Shown piece after piece: positions 50,322 through 55,705 of a DNA stretch of 55,705 bases (positions within the stretch are counted from its first letter, which is position 1; each line of letters starts with the position of its first letter). Where the stretch lies: the IMG/VR virus record IMGVR_UViG_3300017903_001594, positions 1 to 55,705 of that record; one strand, 5' to 3'. This DNA comes from a virus. Taxonomy: Duplodnaviria; Caudoviricetes. The translations under genes and the position numbers were made by a program. The notes below the pieces were generated by a model. It had not been told where the DNA came from, did no database searches, and saw only the letters and a list, made by a program, of their open reading frames with translations.

Positions 50322-50401
50322 AGGGAGTATAATTACGTTAAAGAGTGCTGATGTACACTGGAGAGTGCCTATGTGGATACTTGTGAGTAGCTGTGGAGTT
50401 A

Positions 50402-51007
50402 CTATCTCCATTGTGGACCTATTGCCCAACCTACTAGAACATCACGTCTACCTGATTGAATAGGTGTTACTCTATGTTTTAGTCTTGAATCAAAGATGAG
50501 TAGTTGACCTTGCTTAGGTGAATGTGATGTAGTATTATCTGCTATATCTTTTACTTCTAGTTCTCCTCCTGTATAGTTGTTAGAGAGGATGAAGGAGAAT
50601 GATAGTTTACGTTGATAGTTGTTAGTATGTTGTACTGGTGTATTTTCTTGTGGTCTACGGTATATGTTATTAGTAGGGGGATTTACATCGATGTGCCAGT
50701 TATAGTGTTGTTGATCAGTATATGATATGTACGTGATCGTATCTTGATCGAAGCAAGTGATATCGTAATGGAATAGTTGTTGATTAACACGTGAGATATG
50801 ATGCCACAACATACCAGCATACCATTTAGATGTAGGTAGAGATGCTGTTGTACAATTACGTGTTGATGTGTCTAGTTTACCATCGGGGTATTGTTTAGTA
50901 GGTGCTGTAAGTGCTGGTTTTTGTTCATATTGTTGTAGATCGTTAGTGATCTCTTGTAAGACTAGAGGGGAACAATCAGTTTCAATTGTTATTACTGAGG
51001 GGTTCAT
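50402..51007 (-). CDS. 2OG-Fe(II) oxygenase (prolyl-hydroxylase-like)
   Basis: YNWHID, RKLSFS, YTGGEL, FDSRLKHRVTPIQSGRR..LVGW..GP.WR. Confidence 0.9.
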   Translation of the reverse strand: MNPSVITIETDCSPLVLQEITNDLQQYEQKPALTAPTKQYPDGKLDTSTRNCTTASLPTSKWYAGMLWHHISRVNQQLFHYDITCFDQDTITYISYTDQQHYNWHIDVNPPTNNIYRRPQENTPVQHTNNYQRKLSFSFILSNNYTGGELEVKDIADNTTSHSPKQGQLLIFDSRLKHRVTPIQSGRRDVLVGWAIGPQWR

Positions 51008-51176
51008 GTTTATTAAATTGTTTACGACATAGCTTTACGTCTTTAAGTTCATTTTTAATCATTTGGTAAGCATCTTCAGCAGAGATCTTACGTGCCATTT
51101 CCATAGCAGTAATGATTTCTACTCTTGTACCAAAATGCTTTAGTGCTTCTTCAAAACAGTTTAGTTCTTCGTACAT
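50982..51176 (-). CDS. Hypothetical protein
   Basis: 64 aa (MYEELNCFEEALKHFGTRVEII.AME...ISAEDAYQMIK). Confidence 0.8.
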   Translation of the reverse strand: MYEELNCFEEALKHFGTRVEIITAMEMARKISAEDAYQMIKNELKDVKLCRKQFNKHEPLSNNN

Positions 51177-51310
51177 TGGTGTGCTAGATTGTATAGTTCA
51201 TCAAGGATTAATTTAAGTTCATCATAACGATGTGTATTAAATTGTTGTAATGCTTTTGATTGTTCTTTACGAACGATTGCTTCTACTTCTTGCCATTGTC
51301 GTTGAGTCAT
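51161..51310 (-). CDS. Small hypothetical protein (49 aa, MTQRQWQEVEAIVRKEQ...)
   Basis: Hand-translated; fills a gap. Confidence 0.6.
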   Translation of the reverse strand: MTQRQWQEVEAIVRKEQSKALQQFNTHRYDELKLILDELYNLAHQCTKN

Positions 51311-51313
51311 GTG

Positions 51314-51601
51314 TTATTTACCTGTATATTGATAGCATGAGTATTGTGGATTATATCTATCGATATACTTTTGGGCATGATCGATACAAGTAAACCAACA
51401 ACGTTTATCTTCTGATCTATTAAGAAGAAAGATGGGGAAAGTTTCGATATAAGGGAAGAGCTCTTTTTTACGAGAGTTTTGTACTTTAATAGTATTATTC
51501 TTGGAAACCTTCTTCCGAGAGCGTTTGGTAGTCGATTGGTTGGTAGTAGTAAGATTTTTTAAATTTTTTGATAGATTGGATTGTGTCTTGGATTTTACCA
51601 T
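51314..51601 (-). CDS. Hypothetical protein
   Basis: 95 aa; basic N-terminus, FPY..FP....KRCWF.C..H..KYI.RY core. Confidence 0.75.
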   Translation of the reverse strand: MVKSKTQSNLSKNLKNLTTTNQSTTKRSRKKVSKNNTIKVQNSRKKELFPYIETFPIFLLNRSEDKRCWFTCIDHAQKYIDRYNPQYSCYQYTGK

Positions 51602-51908
51602 GAATAAAAGTAAGCATTAGTCTAGGGAAGGGGGCATAATGTGCTGTCCATACTTCTGGGTACACTTCTATTCTACCATGAAATTCGGTGGCGACAACTC
51701 TACCACGACAACCGTTAGGTTTGTAGAATGGTGGTTGATTACCCAATACAAAGTCTTGTGTACCACTGTAGTCAATCAGATACAATTCACCGTTAGGTGA
51801 TAACCAGAATTCAGACATTGTGGATGATATATCCTTGGTCTGTAATGTTTTATTGTGAAAGCCTGGTCCTAGATCATAGGAACAATGAATTGTATCAAAC
51901 ATACCCAT
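51495..51908 (-). CDS. Hypothetical protein (MGMFD...LQTKD)
   Basis: 137-aa ORF coupled to the upstream gene by TAATG. Confidence 0.8.
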   Translation of the reverse strand: MGMFDTIHCSYDLGPGFHNKTLQTKDISSTMSEFWLSPNGELYLIDYSGTQDFVLGNQPPFYKPNGCRGRVVATEFHGRIEVYPEVWTAHYAPFPRLMLTFIHGKIQDTIQSIKKFKKSYYYQPIDYQTLSEEGFQE

Positions 51909-52585
51909 TAGTCTACGTAATTATTCTCTCGTAACCATTTATATGTTAATGGAGTCGGTTCATAATCTGTCCACATCGTACCAGCAGCACAGGATTGTAA
52001 TGCTTTCATGGTCATGTTTTCAGTTCTACCTGCCCAACCTGCTTCTGCTTCCCATGGTACAGCATGTTCAGGATAAGTACGTTCTGCTAGTGTACGCCAT
52101 AGGATAGGAACTTCTTCTTCTGGCATTATAATAGCAACCAAGCTATTGTCAATACTACCTGCCATACAATCTTGTGCTGCATGCCATCCTTCATGTCTCA
52201 TTACCATCATCAATACATGTGGTTCATCCATGTACGTCCTATTGAGATAGAAATTATTGGATACTGTATGATAAACACCACGATGAAGTGATGGGAAATA
52301 CTTCTCATCAGCGAGGAATACTTTAATACCAATTTGATTAAGAGTCATCAACATGGTATTAAACTCTTGTGCTACTGGTGTGTAACGCTCTGGGTCATCA
52401 TATTGTGATGAGATATCCAGGAGAGAGTGTACTTCCTCAACACCATCCGTACATTCACGGAGTAGCATACAACCCATAGCATCCATTGAATAGAATCCTT
52501 TGGTGATTTTATCCTCATTCGCTAGTGCTACATGTGCTGTACCTAGTGATAATGCTGTGAGAGCAGCAATGAACATGTTTTTCAT
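51908..52585 (-). CDS. Hypothetical protein with signal peptide and HExxH motif (putative Zn metallopeptidase)
   Basis: Hydrophobic N-terminus ending ALA; RHEGWH and downstream WEAEA. Confidence 0.7.
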   Translation of the reverse strand: MKNMFIAALTALSLGTAHVALANEDKITKGFYSMDAMGCMLLRECTDGVEEVHSLLDISSQYDDPERYTPVAQEFNTMLMTLNQIGIKVFLADEKYFPSLHRGVYHTVSNNFYLNRTYMDEPHVLMMVMRHEGWHAAQDCMAGSIDNSLVAIIMPEEEVPILWRTLAERTYPEHAVPWEAEAGWAGRTENMTMKALQSCAAGTMWTDYEPTPLTYKWLRENNYVD

Positions 52586-52588
52586 AGT

Positions 52589-53221
52589 TTACTTCCAACG
52601 AGGTCCTAATACCCATCCTACTAAACATTTCCGCTGTCCAGATTTAACAGGTAATACACGATGAGTAAGACGTGAATCAAATACCATCAATGATCCCTTA
52701 TCTTTAGGACACCAAAACATATGTGGCACATCTATAATTTGTAAATCACCACCAGTATACTCATCAGGATGGGAAAGTTGAAGAGTAAAACTAAGTTTTC
52801 TTGTATATTCTAGATGAACTAAATCAATACATTCCCAACTAATTGGACCACGACGTGTTGTCATAGCAATAGTATCATCAGAATGCCAACGATACTGATG
52901 ACCAACACCATAGGTCAAATGATGTACTTCATTAAATGCTAAATGAGAAAGATCATATTGAAAGTTTTCATGATTGATACGTTCAATATAACTCCAAATA
53001 AAGGGACCAACCCAATCGTGAGGTTGTGCCCAACGAGCATCAACCTTACGATAATCAGGGTCAGTATCACCCATATTTAATCCTGGTTTTGGTTCTACAT
53101 TATCCTCAAAGTATTCAGTGATTGAATCACATAAACCATCAGGTAATCTGGTATCTTGTACATACCATTGAAAACCACTTTGTTTACCAACGAGTGGTTT
53201 ATGACTAATAAATTCATCCAT
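52589..53221 (-). CDS. 2OG-Fe(II) oxygenase (prolyl-hydroxylase-like)
   Basis: YRWHSD, RKLSFTLQLS..EYTGGDL, FDSRLTHRVLPVKSG.RKCLVGWVLGPRWK. Confidence 0.9.
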   Translation of the reverse strand: MDEFISHKPLVGKQSGFQWYVQDTRLPDGLCDSITEYFEDNVEPKPGLNMGDTDPDYRKVDARWAQPHDWVGPFIWSYIERINHENFQYDLSHLAFNEVHHLTYGVGHQYRWHSDDTIAMTTRRGPISWECIDLVHLEYTRKLSFTLQLSHPDEYTGGDLQIIDVPHMFWCPKDKGSLMVFDSRLTHRVLPVKSGQRKCLVGWVLGPRWK

Positions 53222-53441
53222 TAGTCATATCCATCAAATCATCAAGACGGAAGTACAATAGTTCTTCATCATCATGACTGTCATCACCAAGATACATCCA
53301 CTCTTGAAACTCTTCACCAATAGCAATAGCATCATCAATACGATCTTTCTTCATCAGAAACATGAAACGACGATGACGATTGGTCATGATCTTATCAACT
53401 TGATAGCAAATTGATTCTTGTTCTTGTTGGAGCGGGTTCAT
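53214..53441 (-). CDS. Hypothetical protein
   Basis: 75 aa; overlaps both neighbouring genes. Confidence 0.75.
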   Translation of the reverse strand: MNPLQQEQESICYQVDKIMTNRHRRFMFLMKKDRIDDAIAIGEEFQEWMYLGDDSHDDEELLYFRLDDLMDMTNG

Positions 53442-53665
53442 TTGGTTACAAGCGAATTGGCAAGGTGATCATAGCTGACAAAGGTCTTGTCCTCTGGCAG
53501 GATCTCTATAATAGCACGGGCGAAGTCATTTGGGAAGCGTCCGTGATATCTCCAAAATTTGTTGACCATATCCTCTTCCAGGTCTTCCCGTGGACGAATA
53601 CGAACAGGACTCTCATCATAATTGATGGGAGCAAAGAGATCTGAAATGTATGAAAATTGAGTCAT
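53438..53665 (-). CDS. Hypothetical protein
   Basis: 75 aa; ATGA overlaps at both ends. Confidence 0.75.
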   Translation of the reverse strand: MTQFSYISDLFAPINYDESPVRIRPREDLEEDMVNKFWRYHGRFPNDFARAIIEILPEDKTFVSYDHLANSLVTK

Positions 53666-53883
53666 TTGGTGTAAATGTAGCTAGAAGAATAGGTCTCAAG
53701 GAAGTCTACAGCAGATTTGTACATCTGGTAACTACCAGGGAGAAGATCTTCCCAGTCAATAGTATCCTGAGAAGTCCAATCAATAGTACCATCATTGTCA
53801 TCAATGAGGTAAGTCACAGGGATGCCATTTTCAATCATAATGGCTTCACCATTGACCACAACATACATCAGATCGGTGTCCAT
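53662..53883 (-). CDS. Hypothetical protein
   Basis: 73 aa; downstream of a sigma70-like promoter. Confidence 0.75.
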   Translation of the reverse strand: MDTDLMYVVVNGEAIMIENGIPVTYLIDDNDGTIDWTSQDTIDWEDLLPGSYQMYKSAVDFLETYSSSYIYTK

Positions 53884-53912
53884 TTGTTTGAGAAAAGTAG
53901 AGGTGCTATAAT

Positions 53913-53941
53913 AATTTAGCAGAGAAAGTCTCTGCTGTCAA
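53913..53941 (-). promoter_or_regulatory. Sigma70-like promoter TTGACA-17-TAAATT with palindromic spacer
   Basis: Spacer GCAGAGA-CTT-TCTCTGC is a perfect inverted repeat. Confidence 0.75.
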
Positions 53942-53943
53942 CC

Positions 53944-54681
53944 TCAACGCTTATAGAGATAACCACCTGCCCAATCGGCATGTTGAAGCAACCATTCACG
54001 TTCGGTGATAACGAGCAGGTTGAAGCGGACGTGCTTAGCAGGTGCTTTGAACGATGCTGGTTTGTAGACTTCACCAGTCTTCTTATCCACGAAAGCGTGA
54101 ACACTACGGGAGGGAGGACGATTGTGGTTAGGAACCTCCATGATGATCTTGTGATACTTACGACCAGACTCGATCACAAACTTGTACTCAGGTGCCTCAT
54201 GCTGACCGATTTTACCGTGGTTACGATCCTTGAAGTTCTGCTCCAGGGCATCACACAGCATGAGAGTGTACTTGCGGACATTGAGTTGGATGTCATTCCG
54301 TGCCTGCTGAGTGGCAGCGAAGTCAGCGAAGGATTGAGCAGTCATGGAGTCGTCGTCCGTTGGTATGAAACTAAGTATAGAGGGTGCCGAGGGCGGATCG
54401 GCGGAGTCTAGTGCCAGTTTGAGGAGTGGCATGGCGGTCCATGCTCTCGTCTTCTCTGGATCTACCGTGTCTCCGACTCGCTTGGAGTTGATTGGAGCAT
54501 GGTAGGTACGCTTCTTTGTGTTGTAGAATCCCCAGATAGTGCGACATTGATCGCCATTATTGTAAATCCACCCACGATTAGATACAAGCCAAATTGCATG
54601 AACAGAACGTTTAAATGATACCGTCTCGTAGAAATATCCTTCTGGGGGTTGATGGGGAAAATCATTGGGTAACTCAATCAT
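53944..54681 (-). CDS. Hypothetical protein; probable in-frame fusion of two small genes (internal start at 54345)
   Basis: 245-aa ORF whose low-complexity middle coincides with an internal promoter cassette; C-terminal part has HAFVDKKTGEVYKPASFKAPAKHVRFNL. Confidence 0.75.
   Translation of the reverse strand: MIELPNDFPHQPPEGYFYETVSFKRSVHAIWLVSNRGWIYNNGDQCRTIWGFYNTKKRTYHAPINSKRVGDTVDPEKTRAWTAMPLLKLALDSADPPSAPSILSFIPTDDDSMTAQSFADFAATQQARNDIQLNVRKYTLMLCDALEQNFKDRNHGKIGQHEAPEYKFVIESGRKYHKIIMEVPNHNRPPSRSVHAFVDKKTGEVYKPASFKAPAKHVRFNLLVITEREWLLQHADWAGGYLYKR
54374..54431 (-). promoter_or_regulatory. Early promoter cassette inside an ORF
   Basis: TGCCACTC-CTCA-AACTGGCA-CT, 30 nt, TATACT. Confidence 0.72.
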
Positions 54682-54687
54682 GTATAC

Positions 54688-54744
54688 AGTATAAACCCCT
54701 CCAGGGCGTCCTGAAGGGGTCTTGTGACACTTTGTACGCTGGGT
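54688..54744 (-). promoter_or_regulatory. Early promoter cassette
   Basis: ACCCAGCG-TACA-AAGTGTCA-CA, 29 nt with ACCCCTTCAGG/CCTGGAGGGGT hairpin, TATACT. Confidence 0.72.
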
Positions 54745-54747
54745 GCC

Positions 54748-54876
54748 TTAAAAGTCTGCTAGAAGGTCTTCTGGCAGGGTCTCAGGCGTCTCCCACAATT
54801 CTTGTTCACTCATTTCTCGAATAATACTCTCTCGGAGCTCATAATCGCCAAAGATGTCGCCTTCAAAATCATTCAT
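54748..54876 (-). CDS. Small acidic protein (42 aa, MNDFEGDIFGDYELRESII...)
   Basis: Hand-translated; TAATG coupling with the upstream gene. Confidence 0.65.
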   Translation of the reverse strand: MNDFEGDIFGDYELRESIIREMSEQELWETPETLPEDLLADF

Positions 54877-55067
54877 TAGTCTCGTTGTGCTTGATTACCA
54901 GTTGTTAGTTCGACTTCATCGAAGTCCCATTTATATACTACCAAACAGACATTTCTGGATGGTTCGTCAGGGAATATCCTGACACAAATTGACATAGAGT
55001 CTTCACATGCAAATTTTACTATACCGAAGTGACCCTTATAATATACTTCTGTTCCTACGGGAAGCAT
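54876..55067 (-). CDS. Hypothetical protein (SH3-like small beta pattern)
   Basis: MLPVGTEVYYKGHFGIVKF...; ATG 55067 preferred. Confidence 0.7.
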   Translation of the reverse strand: MLPVGTEVYYKGHFGIVKFACEDSMSICVRIFPDEPSRNVCLVVYKWDFDEVELTTGNQAQRD

Positions 55068-55302
55068 ACTCGGATTCCGTGATTGGTTCGTCGTGGACAT
55101 AGATTCCGTCAGCATTAGGATACAGGCAAGAAGCTAAGTAAGAAGCTTGAGCACTAGACGTAGCAATTAGATATAGATGATAGTTGATACATCCATTATC
55201 TGGCTCTGCTTTGTCATCAACCCATGACATTTCTACTTCAACTAGGTAGACATTTCCATTACGAATATGATCTTCTAGATCAACAATAATGTCAGCAATC
55301 AT
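55036..55302 (-). CDS. Hypothetical protein
   Basis: Track ORF 55036..55410 trimmed to ATG 55302 because the upstream part is occupied by another ORF. Confidence 0.7.
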   Translation of the reverse strand: MIADIIVDLEDHIRNGNVYLVEVEMSWVDDKAEPDNGCINYHLYLIATSSAQASYLASCLYPNADGIYVHDEPITESEYASRRNRSIL

Positions 55303-55435
55303 ATTCTTTGTTCTCCATATCTGCCATCTCTTGCTGAAGTTCTTTGATGTAAGAATCCTGTTCATCAATACGATGTTGAAGAGTTTTGAGAAGATCTTTA
55401 AGCTCTTCAAACATAGCAGCAGTACGATCGTCCAT
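55292..55435 (-). CDS. Small coiled-coil protein (47 aa, MDDRTAAMFEELKDLLK...)
   Basis: Hand-translated; heptad pattern. Confidence 0.6.
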   Translation of the reverse strand: MDDRTAAMFEELKDLLKTLQHRIDEQDSYIKELQQEMADMENKEYDC

Positions 55436-55457
55436 AATAGTCATTTGTGTAACGGTA

Positions 55458-55625
55458 CTACTTATTCTTCATCATATGATGAAGTTCATCAACTGTCACC
55501 TCCAACTCTGCTGCTGCTTCTTCATCCCACATACGATTGTTCTCCTCACATGCTTGGATAAACATGGGATCATTTGCCATTTGTTCAATCAAATCGTCGA
55601 AAGTCAAAGAAAATGGATTAGTCAT
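55458..55625 (-). CDS. Small acidic protein (55 aa, MTNPFSLTFDDLIEQMAND...)
   Basis: Hand-translated; GGAG upstream and TAATG coupling. Confidence 0.65.
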   Translation of the reverse strand: MTNPFSLTFDDLIEQMANDPMFIQACEENNRMWDEEAAAELEVTVDELHHMMKNK

Positions 55626-55705
55626 TACCAGATCTCCGTGAATCGTTTGTGTGTTGTTTTGGTCATTCTACCTTCTTTGAGCATGTTGTCACATACTCTA
55701 CAGAA
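55625..55705 (-). CDS. 3' end of a hypothetical protein (...FCRVCDNMLKEGRMTKTTHKRFTEIW)
   Basis: Open frame from the window edge to a TAA overlapping the next ATG. Confidence 0.55.
   Translation of the reverse strand, partial: FCRVCDNMLKEGRMTKTTHKRFTEIW

Noticed and set aside
46336-50401. tRNA genes in intergenic gaps
   Set aside because: No cloverleaf with a T-loop GTTCRA and acceptor stem recognised by eye
2083-54677. Short alternate-frame minus-strand ORFs inside larger genes (e.g. 34204..34767, 31232..31546, 5724..6032, 46649..46831, 53916..54104, 54462..54677)
   Set aside because: Nested in or largely overlapping better-supported genes, with no independent initiation signals
10-55561. 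All plus-strand ORFs in the track (60-153 aa)
   Set aside because: They lie antisense to well-supported minus-strand genes, lack recognisable motifs, and are expected shadows of codon bias
55643-55660. ACAACACACAAACGA identical to the leader at ~47246-47260
   Set aside because: Low-complexity match inside a coding frame with no operator visible before the window edge; cannot be distinguished from chance

Overview
Fragment of a T4-like cyanomyovirus (cyanophage) genome; every credible gene lies on the minus strand. In transcription order (right to left): (i) ~55.7-46.5 kb is an early/accessory region of about 30 small ORFs, including two 2OG-Fe(II) oxygenases and a HExxH protein. It is punctuated by nine well-aligned copies (plus one degenerate copy) of a promoter cassette: a 20-bp palindrome, a 28-31 nt spacer that often forms a hairpin, then a -10 box. 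A 390-bp intergenic segment (50012-50401) holds a 92-bp A-tract inverted repeat and tandem TTTTCCACA boxes and is a candidate origin. (ii) 46.3 kb to 1 is the late virion module: PAAR-like protein, gp25, gp6, gp7 (apparently split into two ORFs), gp8, a VrlC-like protein, giant fibre-like proteins of 1357 and 3510 aa with apparently nested domain architecture, small fibre-adaptor-like ORFs, a third 2OG-Fe(II) oxygenase, gp13, gp14, gp15 and gp16, with T4-type late promoters. I saw no tRNA, rRNA, CRISPR array, integrase or transposase. All calls come from reading the sequence; no database searches were run.
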